NCBI RefSeq assembly: GCF_009914755.1 | Contig: NC_060944.1 | Direction: 5' to 3' (one strand) | DNA: 64,000 nucleotides | DNA from: the human T2T-CHM13v2.0 reference genome, Homo sapiens | Shown: positions 13,001-26,900 of the stretch, one piece after another | Layout of the letters: every line of letters starts with the position of its first letter | Position numbering within the stretch: the first letter of the stretch is position 1 | Translations under genes and position numbers: made by a program | Notes under the pieces: generated by a model | Told to the model about the DNA's origin: nothing | Seen by the model: only the letters and a program-made list of their open reading frames with translations | Database searches by the model: none

Positions 13001-14771
13001 CTCAAAAGACATGTTCAACTCTGTCAGTTGAGGACACACATCACAAAGAAGTTTCTGAGAATGCTTCTGTCTAGTTTTTATGGGAAGATATTTCCTTTTT
13101 CACCATAGGCCTCAAAGCGCTCCAAATGTCCACTTCCAGGGAATGGAAAAAGAGTGTTTCCAACCTGCTCTATGAAAGCCAATGTTCAACTCCGTGACTT
13201 GAATGCAACCATCACAAGGAAGTTTCTGAGAATGCTTCTGTCTAGGTTTTATATGAAGATATTCCCGTTTCCAACGAAATCCTCAAAGCTATCCAAATAT
13301 CCACTTGGAGATTCTACAAAAAGAGTGTTTCAAAACTGCTCTATCAAAAGAAAGGTTCTACTCCGTCAGTTGAGGACACACATCACGAGTAAGTTTCTGA
13401 CAATGCTTCTGTCTAGTTTTTATGGGAAGATATGTCCTTTTTCACCTTAGGCCGGAAAGCGCTCCAAAAGTCCAGTTACAGACACTACAAAAAGAGTGTT
13501 TCAAACCTGCTCTGTGAAAGGGAATGTTCAATTCTGTGACTTGAATGCAAACATCACAAAGAAATTGTTGAGAATGCTGCTGTCTGCTTTTTATACCTTA
13601 TTGCGTTTCCAACGAAATGCTCAAATCCAGCCAAATATCCACTTGCAGACTCCACAAAAAGAGTGTTTCAAAACTATACTCTCCAAAGAAATGTTCAACT
13701 CTGTTAGTTGAGGACACACATCAGAGACTAGCTTCTGAGAATGCTTCTGTCCAGTTGTTACGGGAAGATATTTCCTTTTTCAACATAGGCCTGAAACCGC
13801 TTCAAATGTCCAATTCCAGATACTGCAAAGAGAGTGTTTCAAACCTTCTCTACGAAAGGGCATGTTCTCCTCAGTGACGTCAATGCAAACATCCCAAAGA
13901 AGTTTCTGAGAATGCTTCTGTCTGGATTTTATCTGAAGACAATCACGTTTCCAACGAAATCCTCAAAGCTATGCAAATATGCTCCTGCAGATTCTACAAA
14001 AAGAGTGTTTCAAAACTGCTCTATGAATAGAAAGGTTCGACTCTGTTAGTAGAGGGCACACATCACAAACAAGTTGCCGAGAATGCTTCTGTCTGGTTTT
14101 TATGGGAAGATATTTCCTTTTCCAACACAAGCCTGAATGCGCTCCAAATGGACACTTCCAGATACGACAAAAGGAGTGTTTCAAACCTGTTCTGGGAAAG
14201 GGAACGTTCCATTCTGTGACTTGAATGCAAACATCACCAAGTAGTTTCTCAGAACGCTGCGGTCTGCTTTTTATATGTATTCCCGTTTCCAACGAAATCG
14301 TCAAAGCCAGCCAATTATCCACTTGCAGGGTCCACAGAAAGAGTGTTTCAAAACTGCTCTCTCAAAAGACATGATCAACTCTGTCAGTTGAGGACACACA
14401 TCACAAAGAAGTTTCTGAGAATGCTTCTGTTTAGTTTTTATGGGAAGATATTTCCTTTTTCACCATAGGCCTCAAAGCGCTCCAAATGTCCACTTCCAGG
14501 GAATGGAAAAAGAGTGTTTCCAACCTCCTCTATGAAAGCCAATGTTCAACTCCGTGACTTGAATGCAACCATCACAAGGAAGTTTCTGAGAATGCTTCTG
14601 TCTAGGTTTTATATGAAGATATTCCCGTTTCCAACGAAATCCTCAAAGCTATCCAAATATCCACTTGGAGATTCTACAAAAAGAGTGTTTCAAAACTGCT
14701 CTATCAAAAGAAAGGTTCTACTCCGTCAGTTGAGGACACACATCACGAGTAAGTTTCTGACAATGCTTCTA

Positions 14772-17700
14772 TCTAGTTTTTATGGGAAGATATGTCCTTT
14801 TTCACCTTAGGCCGGAAAGCGCTCCAAAAGTCCAGTTACAGACACTACAAAAAGAGTGTTTCAAACCTGCTCTGTGAAAGGGAATGTTCAATTCTGTGAC
14901 TTGAATGCAAACATCACAGAGAAATTGCTGAGAATGCTGCTGTCTGCTTTTTATACCTTATCGCGTTTCCAACGAAATCCTCAAATCCAGCCAAATATCC
15001 ACTTGCAGACTCCACAAAAAGAGTGTTTCAAAACTATACTCTCCAAAGAAATGTTCAACTCTGTTAGTTGAGGACACACATCAGAGACTAGCTTCTGAGA
15101 ATGCTTCTGTCCAGTTGTTACGGGAAGATATTTCCTTTTTCAACATAGGCCTGAAACCGCTTCAAATGTCCACTTCCAGATACTGCAAAGAGAGTGTTTC
15201 AAACCTTCTCTACGAAAGGGCATGTTCTCCTCAGTGACGTCAATGCAAACATCCCAAAGAAGTTTCTGAGAATGCTTCTGTCTGGATTTTATCGGAAGAC
15301 AATCCCGTTTCCAACGAAATCCTCAAAGATATGCAAATATGCTCCTGCAGATTCTACAAAAAGAGTGTTTCAAAACTGCTCTATGAATAGAAAGGTTCGA
15401 CTCTGTTAGTAGAGGGCACACATCACAAACAAGTTGCCGAGAATGCTTCTGTCTGGTTTTTACGGGAAGATATTTCCTTTTCCAACACAAGCCTGAATCC
15501 GCTCCAAATGGACACTTCCAGATACGACAAAAGGAGTGTTTCAAACCTGTTCTTGGAAAGGGAATGTTCCATTCTGTGACTTGAATGCAAACATCAACAA
15601 GTAGTTTCTCAGAACGCTGCTGTCTGCTTTTTATATGTATTCCCGTTTCCAACGAAATCGTCAAAGCCAGCCAAATATCCACTTGCAGGTTCCACAGAAA
15701 GAGTGTTTCAAAACTGCTCTCTCAAAAGACATGTTCAACTCTGTCAGTTGAGGACACACATCACAAAGAAGTTTCTGAGAATGCTTCTGTCTAGTTTTTA
15801 TGGGAAGATATTTCCTTTTTCACCATAGGCCTCAAAGCGCTCCAAATGTCCACTTCCAGGGAATGGAAAAAGAGTGTTTCCAACCTGCTCTATGAAAGCC
15901 AATGTTCAACTCCGTGACTTGAATGCAACCATCACAAGGAAGTTTCTGAGAATGCTTCTGTCTAGGTTTTATATGAAGATATTCCCGTTTCCAACGAAAT
16001 CCTCAAAGCTATCCAAATATCCACTTGGAGATTCTACAAAAAGAGTGTTTCAAAACTGCTCTATCAAAAGAAAGTTTCTACTCTGTCAGTTGAGGACACA
16101 CATCACGAGTAAGTTTCTGACAATGCTTCTGTCTAGTTTTTATGGGAAGATATGTCCTTTTTCACCTTAGGCCGGAAAGCGCTCCAAAAGTCCAGTTACA
16201 GACACTACAAAAAGAGTGTTTCAAACCTGCTCTGTGAAAGGGAATGTTCAATTCTGTGACTTGAATGCAAACATCACAGAGAAATTGCTGAGAATGCTGC
16301 TGTCTGCTTTTTATACCTTATCGCGTTTCCAACGAAATCCTCAAATCCAGCCAAATATCCACTTGCAGACTCCACAAAAAGAGTGTTTCAAAACTATACT
16401 CTCCAAAGAAATGTTCAACTCTGTTAGTTGAGGACACACATCAGAGACTAGCTTCTGAGAATGCTTCTGTCCAGTTGTTACGGGAAGATATTTCCTTTTT
16501 CAACATAGGCCTGAAACCGCTTCAAATGTCCACTTCCAGATACTGCAAAGAGAGTGTTTCAAACCTTCTCTACGAAAGGGCATGTTCTCCTCAGTGACGT
16601 CAATGCAAACATCCCAAAGAAGTTTCTGAGAATGCTTCTGTCTGGATTTTATCGGAAGACAATCCCGTTTCCAACGAAATCCTCAAAGATATGCAAATAT
16701 GCTCCTGCAGATTCTACAAAAAGAGTGTTTCAAAACTGCTCTATGAATAGAAAGGTTCGACTCTGTTAGTAGAGGGCACACATCACAAACAAGTTGCCGA
16801 GAATGCTTCTGTCTGGTTTTTACGGGAAGATATTTCCTTTTCCAACACAAGCCTGAATCCGCTCCAAATGGACACTTCCAGATACGACAAAAGGAGTGTT
16901 TCAAACCTGTTCTTGGAAAGGGAATGTTCCATTCTGTGACTTGAATGCAAACATCAACAAGTAGTTTCTCAGAACGCTGCTGTCTGCTTTTTATATGTAT
17001 TCCCGTTTCCAACGAAATCGTCAAAGCCAGCCAAATATCCACTTGCAGGTTCCACAGAAAGAGTGTTTCAAAACTGCTCTCTCAAAAGACATGTTCAACT
17101 CTGTCAGTTGAGGACACACATCACAAAGAAGTTTCTGAGAATGCTTCTGTCTAGTTTTTATGGGAAGATATTTCCTTTTTCACCATAGGCCTCAAAGCGC
17201 TCCAAATGTCCACTTCCAGGGAATGGAAAAAGAGTGTTTCCAACCTGCTCTATGAAAGCCAATGTTCAACTCCGTGACTTGAATGCAACCATCACAAGGA
17301 AGTTTCTGAGAATGCTTCTGTCTAGGTTTTATATGAAGATATTCCCGTTTCCAACGAAATCCTCAAAGCTATCCAAATATCCACTTGGAGATTCTACAAA
17401 AAGAGTGTTTCAAAACTGCTCTATCAAAAGAAAGTTTCTACTCTGTCAGTTGAGGACACACATCACGAGTAAGTTTCTGACAATGCTTCTGTCTAGTTTT
17501 TATGGGAAGATATGTCCTTTTTCACCTTAGGCCGGAAAGCGCTCCAAAAGTCCAGTTACAGACACTACAAAAAGAGTGTTTCAAACCTGCTCTGTGAAAG
17601 GGAATGTTCAATTCTGTGACTTGAATGCAAACATCACAGAGAAATTGCTGAGAATGCTGCTGTCTGCTTTTTATACCTTATCGCGTTTCCAACGAAATCC

Positions 17701-17974
17701 TCAAATCCAGCCAAATATCCACTTGCAGACTCCACAAAAAGAGTGTTTCAAAACTATACTCTCCAAAGAAATGTTCAACTCTGTTAGTTGAGGACACACA
17801 TCAGAGACTAGCTTCTGAGAATGCTTCTGTCCAGTTGTTACGGGAAGATATTTCCTTTTTCAACATAGGCCTGAAACCGCTTCAAATGTCCACTTCCAGA
17901 TACTGCAAAGAGAGTGTTTCAAACCTTCTCTACGAAAGGGCATGTTCTCCTCAGTGACGTCAATGCAAACATCC
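14772..17974 (-). repeat. Recent, apparently exact tandem duplication of one HOR (period 1360)
   Basis: Rare variants atcggaagac, tacgggaaga, gaatccgct, tcttggaaagggaatg, catcaacaa and aaagtttctactctg each occur at x and x+1360 (e.g. 15291/16651, 15551/16911, 16071/17431). Confidence 0.85.
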
Positions 17975-20900
17975 TAAAGAAGTTTCTCAGAATGCTTCTG
18001 TCTGGATTTTATCTGAAGACAATCCCGTTTCCAACGAAATCCTCAAAGATATGCAAATATGCTCCTGCAGATTCTACAAAAAGAGTGTTTCAAAACTGCT
18101 CTATGAATAGAAAGGTTCGACTCTGTTAGTAGAGGGCACACATCACAAACAAGTTGCCGAGAATGCTTCTGTCTGTTTTTTATGGGAAGATATTTCCTTT
18201 TCCAACACAAGCCTGAATGCGCTCCAAATGGACACTTCCAGATACGACAAAAGGAGTGTTTCAAACCTGTTCTGGGAAAGGGAACGTTCCATTCTGTGAC
18301 TTGAATGCAAACATCACCAAGTAGTTTCTCAGAACGCTGCTGTCTGATTTTTATATGTATTCCCGTTTCCAACGAAATCGTCAAAGCCAGCCAAATATCC
18401 ACTTGCAGGTTCCACAGAAAGAGTGTTTCAAAACTGCTCTCTCAAAAGACATGTTCAACTCTGTCAGTTGAGGACACACATCACAAAGAAGTTTCTGAGA
18501 ATGCTTCTGTCTAGTTTTTATGGGAAGATATTTCCTTTTTCACCATAGGCCTCAAAGCGCTCCAAATGTCCACTTCCAGGGAATGGAAAAAGAGTGTTTC
18601 CAACATGCTCTATGAAAGCCAATGTTCAACTCCGTGACTTGAATGCAACCATCACAAGGAAGTTTCTGAGAATGCTTCTGTCTAGGTTTTATATGAAGAT
18701 ATTCCCGTTTCCAACGAAATCTTCAAAGCTATCCAAATATCCACTTGGAGATTCTACAAAAAGAGTGTTTCAAAACTGCTCTATCAAAAGAAAGGTTCTA
18801 CTCCGTCAGTTGAGGACACACATCACGAGTAAGTTTCTGACAATGCTTCTGTCTAGTTTTTATGGGAAGATATGTCCTTTTTCACCTTAGGCCGGAAAGC
18901 GCTCCAAAAGTCCAGTTACAGACACTACAAAAAGAGTGTTTCAAACCTGCTCTGTGAAAGGGAATGTTCAATTCTGTGACTTGAATGCAAACATCACAAA
19001 GAAGTTGCTGAGAATGCTGCTGTCTGCTTTTTATACCTTATCGCGTTTCCAACGAAATCCTCAAATCCAGCCAAATATCCACTTGCAGACTCCACAAAAA
19101 GAGTGTTTCAAAACTATACTCTCCAAAGAAATGTTCAACTCTGTTAGTTGAGGACACACATCAGAGACTAGCTTCTGAGAATGCTTCTGTCCAGTTGTTA
19201 CGGGAAGATATTTCCTTTTTCAACATAGGCCTGAAACCGCTTCAAATGTCCACTTCCAGATACTGCAAAGAGAGTGTTTCAAACCTTCTCTACGAAAGGG
19301 CATGTTCTCCTCAGTGACGTCAATGCAAACATCCCAAAGAAGTTTCTGAGAATGCTTCTGTCTGGATTTTATCTGAAGACAATCCCGTTTCCAACGAAAT
19401 CCTCAAAGATATGCAAATATGCTCCTGCAGATTCTACAAAAAGAGTGTTTCAAAACTGCTCTATGAATAGAAAGGTTCGACTCTGTTAGTAGAGGGCACA
19501 CATCACAAACAAGTTGCCGAGAATGCTTCTGTCTGGTTTTTATGGGAAGATATTTCCTTTTCCAACACAAGCCTGAATGCGCTCCAAATGGACACTTCCA
19601 GATACGACAAAAGGAGTGTTTCAAACCTGTTCTGGGAAAGGGAACGTTCCATTCTGTGACTTGAATGCAAACATCACCAAGTAGTTTCTCAGAACGCTGC
19701 TGTCTGATTTTTATATGTATTCCCGTTTCCAACGAAATCGTCAAAGCCAGCCAAATATCCACTTGCAGGTTCCACAGAAAGAGTGTTTCAAAACTGCTCT
19801 CTCAAAAGACATGTTCAACTCTGTCAGTTGAGGACACACATCACAAAGAAGTTTCTGAGAATGCTTCTGTCTAGTTTTTATGGGAAGATATTTCCTTTTT
19901 CACCATAGGCCTCAAAGCGCTCCAAATGTCCACTTCCAGGGAATGGAAAAAGAGTGTTTCCAACATGCTCTATGAAAGCCAATGTTCAACTCCGTGACTT
20001 GAATGCAACCATCACAAGGAAGTTTCTGAGAATGCTTCTGTCTAGGTTTTATATGAAGATATTCCCGTTTCCAACGAAATCCTCAAAGCTATCCAAATAT
20101 CCACTTGGAGATTCTACAAAAAGAGTGTTTCAAAACTGCTCTATCAAAAGAAAGGTTCTACTCCGTCAGTTGAGGACACACATCACGAGTAAGTTTCTGA
20201 CAATGCTTCTGTCTAGTTTTTATGGGAAGATATGTCCTTTTTCACCTTAGGCCGGAAAGCGCTCCAAAAGTCCAGTTACAGACACTACAAAAAGAGTGTT
20301 TCAAACCTGCTCTGTGAAAGGGAATGTTCAATTCTGTGACTTGAATGCAAACATCACAAAGAAGTTGCTGAGAATGCTGCTGTCTGCTTTTTATACCTTA
20401 TCCCGTTTCCAACGAAATCCTCAAATCCAGCCAAATATCCACTTGCAGACTCCACAAAAAGAGTGTTTCAAAACTATACTGTCAAAAGAAATGTTCAACT
20501 CTGTTAGTTGAGGACACACATCAGAGACTAGCTTCTGAGAATGCTTCTGTCCAGTTGTTACGGGAAGATATTTCCTTTTTCAACATAGGCCTGAAACCGC
20601 TTCAAATGTCCACTTCCAGATACTGCAAAGAGAGTGTTTCAAACCTTCTCTACGAAAGGGCATGTTCTCCTCTGTGACGTCAATGCAAACATCCCAAAGA
20701 AGTTTCTGAGAATGCTTCTGTCTGGATTTTATCTGAAGACAATCCCGTTTCCAACGAAATCCTCAAAGATATGCAAATATGCTCCTTCAGATTCTACAAA
20801 AACAGTGTTTCAAAACTGCTCTATGAATAGAAAGGTTCGACTCTGTTAGTAGAGGGCACACATCACAAACAAGTTGCCGAGAATGCTTCTGTCTGGTTTT

Positions 20901-23900
20901 TATGGGAAGATATTTCCTTTTCCAACACAAGCCTGAATGCGCTCCAAATGGACACTTTCAGATACGACAAAAGGAGTGTTTCAAACCTGTTCTGGGAAAG
21001 GGAACGTTCCATTCTGTGACTTGAATGCAAACATCACCAAGTAGTTTCTCAGAACGCTGCTGTCTGCTTTTTATATGTATTCCCGTTTCCAACGAAATCG
21101 TCAAAGCCAGCCAAATATCCACTTGCAGGTTCCACAGAAAGAGTGTTTCAAAACTGCTCTCTCAAAAGACATGTTCAACTCTGTCAGTTGAGGACACACA
21201 TCACAAAGAAGTTTCTGAGAATGCTTCTGTCTAGTTTTTATGGGAAGATATTTCCTTTTTCACCATAGGCCTCAAAGCGCTCCAAATGTCCACTTCCAGG
21301 GAATGGAAAAAGAGTGTTTCCAACCTGCTCTATGAAAGCCAATGTTCAACTCCGTGACTTGAATGCAACCATCACAAGGAAGTTTCTGAGAATGCTTCTG
21401 TCTAGGTTTTATATGAAGGTATTCCCGTTTCCAACGAAATCCTCAAAACTATCCAAATATCCACTTGGAGATTCTACAAAAAGAGTGTTTCAAAACTGCT
21501 CTATCAAAAGAAAGGTTCTACTCCGTCAGTTGAGGACACACATCACGAGTAAGTTTCTGACAATGCTTCTGTCTACTTTTTATGGGAAGATATGTCCTTT
21601 TTCACCTTAGGCCAGAAAGCGCTTCAAAAGTCCAGTTACAGACACTACAAAAAGAGTGTTTCAAACCTGCTCTGTGAAAGGGAATGTTCAATTCTGTGAC
21701 TTGAATGCAAACATCACAAAGAAATTGCTGAGAATGCTGCTGTCTGCTTTTTATACCTTATCGCGTTTCCAACGAAATCCTCAAATCCAGCCAAATATCC
21801 ACTTGCAGACTCCACAAAAAGAGTGTTTCAAAACTATACTCTCCAAAGAAATGTTCAACTCTGTTAGTTGAGGACACACATCAGAGACTAGCTTCTGAGA
21901 ATGCTTCTGTCCAGTTGTTACGGGAAGATATTTCCTTTTTCAACATAGGCCTGAAACCGCTTCAAATGTCCACTTCCAGATACTGCAAAGAGAGTGTTTC
22001 AAACCTTCTCTATGAAAGGGCATGTTCTCCTCAGTGACGTCAATGCAAACATCCCAAAGAAGTTTCTGAGAATGCTTCTGTCTGGATTTTATCTGAAGAC
22101 AATCCCGTTTCCAACGAAATCCTCAAAGATATGCAAATATGCTCCTGCAGATTCTACAAAAAGAGTGTTTCAAAACTGCTCTATGAATAGAAAGGTTCGA
22201 CTCTGTTAGTAGAGGGCACACATCGCAAACAAGTTGCCGAGAATGCTTCTGTCTGGTTTTTATGGGAAGATATTTCCTTTTCCAACACAAGCCTGAATGC
22301 GCTCCAAATGGACACTTCCAGATACGACAAAAGGAGTGTTTCAAACCTGTTCTGGGAAAGGGAACGTTCCATTCTGTGACTTGAATGCAAACATCACCAA
22401 GTAGTTTCTCAGAACGCTGCTGTCTGCTTTTTATATGTATTCCCGTTTCCAACGAAATCGTCAAAGCCAGCCAAATATCCACTTGCAGGTTCCACAAAAA
22501 GAGTGTTTCAAACTGCTCTCTCAAAAGACATGTTCAACTCTGTCAGTTGAGGACACACATCACAAAGATGTTTCTGAGAATGCTTCTGTCTAGTTCTTAT
22601 GGGAAGATATTTCCTTTTTCACCATAGGCCTCAAAGCGCTCCAAATGTCCACTTCCAGGGAATGGAAAAAGAGTGTTTCCAACCTGCTCTATGAAAGCCA
22701 ATGTTCAACTCCGTGACTTGAATGCAACCATCACAAGGAAATTTCTGAGAATGCTTCTGTCTAGGTTTTATATGAAGATATTCCCGTTTCCAACGAAATC
22801 CTCAAAGCTATCCAAATATCCACTTGGAGATTCTACAAAAAGAGTGTTTCAAAACTGCTCTATCAAAAGAAAGGTTCTACTCCGTCAGTTGAGGACACAC
22901 ATCACGAGTAAGTTTCTGACAATGCTTCTGTCTAGTTTTTATGGGAAGATATGTCCTTTTTCACCTTAGGCTGGAAAGCGCTCCAAAAGTCCAGTTACAG
23001 ACACTACAAAAAGAGTGTTTCAAACCTGCTCTGTGAAAGGGAATGTTCAATTCTGTGACTTGAATGCAAACATCACAAAGAAGTTGCTGAGAATGCTGCT
23101 GTCTGCTTTTTATACCTTATCCCGTTTCCAACGAAATCCTCAAATCCAGCCAAATATCCACTTGCAGACTCCACAAAAAGAGTGTTTCAAAACTGTACTG
23201 TCAAAAGAAATGTTCAACTCTGTTAGTTGAGGACACACATCAGAGACTAGCTTCTGATTATGCTTCTGTCCAGTTGTTACGGGAAGATATTTCCTTATTC
23301 AACATAGGCCTGAAACCGCTTCAAATGTCCACTTCCAGATACTGCAAAGAGAGTTTTTCAAACCTTCTCTACGAAAGGGCATGTTCTCCTCTGTGACGTC
23401 AATGCAAACATCCCAAAGAAGTTTCTGAGAATGCTTCTGTCTGGATTTTATCTGAAGACAATCCCGTTTCCAACGAAATCCTCATAGATATGCAAATATG
23501 CTCCTGCAGATTCTACAAAAAGAGTGTTTCAAAACTGCTCTATGAAAAGAAAGGTTCGACTCTGTTAGTAGAGGGCACACATCACAAACAAGTTGCCGAG
23601 AATGCTTCTGTCTGATTTTTATGGGAAGATATTTCCTTTTCCAACACAAGCCTGAATGCGCTCCAAATGGACACTTCCAGATACGACAAAAGGAGTGTTT
23701 CAAACCTGTTCTGTGAAAGGGAACGTTCCATTCTGTGACTTGAATGCAAACATCACCAAGTAGTTTCTCAGAACGCTGCTGTCTGCTTTTTATATGTATT
23801 CCCGTTTCCAACGAAATCGTCAAAGCCAGCCAAATATCCACTTGCAGGTTCCACAGAAAGAGTGTTTCAAAACTGCTCTCTCAAAAGACATGTTCAACTC

Positions 23901-26900
23901 TGTCAGTTGAGGACACACATCACAATGAAGTTTCTGAGAATGCTTCTGTCTAGTTTTTATGGGAAGATATTTCCTTTTTCACCATAGGCCTCAAAGCGCT
24001 CCAAATGTCCACTTCCAGGGAATGGAAAAAGAATGTTTCCAACCTACTGTATGAAAGCCAATGTTCAACTCCGTGACTTGAATGCAACCATCACAAGGAA
24101 GTTTCTGAGAATGCTTCTGTCTAGGTTTTATATGAAGATATTCCCGTTTCCAACGAAATCCTCAAAGCTATCCAAATATCCACTTGGAGATTCTACAAAA
24201 AGAGTGTTTCAAAACTGCTCTATCAAAAGAAAGGTTCTACTCCGTCAGTTGAGGACACACATCACGAGTAAGTTTCTGACAATGCTTCTGTCTAGTTTTT
24301 ATGGGAAGATATGTCCTTTTTCACCTTAGGCCGGAAAGCGCTCCAAAAGTCCAGTTACAGACACTACAAAAAGAGTGTTTCAAACCTGCTCTGTGAAAGG
24401 GAATGTTCAATTCTGTGACTTGAATGCAAACATCACAAAGAAGTTGCTGAGAATGCTGCTGTCTGCTTTTTATACCTTATCCCGTTTCCAACGAAATCCT
24501 CAAATCCAGCCAAATATCCACTTGCAGACTCCACAAAAAGAGTGTTTCAAAACTGTACTGTCAAAAGAAATGTTCAACTCTGTTAGTTGAGGACACACAT
24601 CAGAGACTAGCTTCTGAGAATGCTTCTGTCCAGTTGTTACGGGAAGATATTTCCTTTTTCAACATAGGCCTGAAACCACTTCAAATGTCCACTTCCAGAT
24701 ACTGCAAAGAGAGTGTTTCAAACCTTCTCTACGAAAGGGCATGTTCTCCTCAGTGACGTCAATGCAAACATCCCAAAGAAGTTTCTGAGAATGCTTCTGT
24801 CTGGATTTTATCTGAAGACAATCCCGTTTCCAACGAAATCCTCAAAGATATGCAAATATGCTCCTGCAGATTCTACAAAAAGAGTGTTTCAAAACTGCTC
24901 TATGAAAAGAAAGGTTCGACTCTGTTAGTAGAGGGCACACATCACAAACAAGTTGCCGAGAATGCTTCTGTCTGGTTTTTATGGGAAGATATTTCCTTTT
25001 CCAACACAAGCCTGAATGCGCTCCAAATGGACACTTCCAGATACGACAAAAGGAGTGTTTCAAACCTGTTCTGTGAAAGGGAACGTTCCATTCTGTGACT
25101 TGAATGCAAACATCACCAAGTAGTTTCTCAGAACGCTGCTGTCTGTTTTTATATGTATTCCCGTTTCCAACGAAATCGTCAAAGCCAGCCAAATATCCAC
25201 TTGCAGGTTCCACAGAAAGAGTGTTTCAAAACTGCTCTCTCAAAAGACATGTTCAACTCTGTCAGTTGAGGACACACATCACAAAGAAGTTTCTAAGAAT
25301 GCTTCTGTCTAGTTTTTATGGGAAGATATTTCCTTTTTCACCATAGGCCTCAAAGCGCTCCAAATGTCCACTTCCAGGGAATGGAAAAAGAGTGTTTCCA
25401 ACCTGCTCTATGAAAGCCAATGTTCAACTCCGTGACTTGAATGCAACCATCACAAGGAAGTTTCTGAGAATGCTTCTGTCTAGGTTTTATATGAAGATAT
25501 TCCCGTTTCCAACGAAATCCTCAAAGCTATCCAAATATCCACTTGGAGATTCTACAAAAAGAGTGTTTCAAAACTGCTCTATCAAAAGAAAGGTTCTACT
25601 CCGTCAGTTGAGGACACACATCACGAGTAAGTTTCTGACAATGCTTCTGTCTAGTTTTTATGGGAAGATATGTCCTTTTTCACCTTAGGCCGGAAAGCGC
25701 TCCAAAAGTCCAGTTACAGACACTACAAAAAGAGTGTTTCAAACCTGCTCTGTGAAAGGGAATGTTCAATTCTGTGACTTGAATGCAAACATCACAAAGA
25801 AGTTGCTGAGAATGCTGCTGTCTGCTTTTTATACCTTATCCCGTTTCCAACGAAATCCTCAAATCCAGCCAAATATCCACTTGCAGACTCCACAAAAAGA
25901 GTGTTTCAAAACTGTACTGTCAAAAGAAATGTTCAACTCTGTTAGTTGAGGACACACATCAGAGTCTAGCTTCTGATTATGCTTCTGTCCAGTTGTTACG
26001 GGAAGATATTTCCTTATTCAACATAGGCCTGAAACCGCTTCAAATGTCCACTTCCAGATACTGCAAAGAGAGTGTTTCAAACCTTCTCTACGAAAGGGCA
26101 TGTTCTCCTCTGTGACGTCAATGCAAACATCCCAAAGAAGTTTCTGAGAATGCTTCTGTCTGGATTTTATCTGAAGACAATCCCGTTTCCAACGAAATCC
26201 TCAAAGATATGCAAATATGCTCCTGCAGATTCTACAAAAAGAGTGTTTCAAAACTGCTCTATGAATAGAAAGGTTCGACTCTGTTAGTAGAGGGCACACA
26301 TCACAAACAAGTTGCCGAGAATGCTTCTGTCTGATTTTTATGGGAAGATATTTCCTTTTCCAACACAAGCCTGAATGCGCTCCAAATGGACACTTCGAGA
26401 TACGACAAAAGGAGTGTTTCAAACCTGTTCTGTGAAAGGGAACGTTCCATTCTGTGACTTGAATGCAAACATCACCAAGTAGTTTCTCAGAACGCTGCTG
26501 TCTGCTTTTTATATGTATTCCCGTTTCCAACGAAATCGTCAAAGACAGCCAAATATCCACTTGCATGTTCCACAAAAAGAGTGTTTCAAACGGCTCTCTC
26601 AAAAGACACGTTCAACTCTGTCAGTTGAGGACACACATCACAAAGAAGTTTCTGAGAATGCTTCTGTCTAGTTTTTATGGGAAGATATTTCCTTTTTCAC
26701 CATAGGCCTCAAAGCGCTCCAAATGTCCACTTCCAGGGAATGGAAAAAGAGTGTTTCCAACCTGCTCTATGAAAGCCAATGTTCAACTCCGTGACTTGAA
26801 TGCAACCATCACAAGGAAGTTTCTGAGAATGCTTCTGTCTAGGTTTTATATGAAGATATTCCGGTTTCCAACGAAATCCTCAAAGCTATCCAAATATCCA

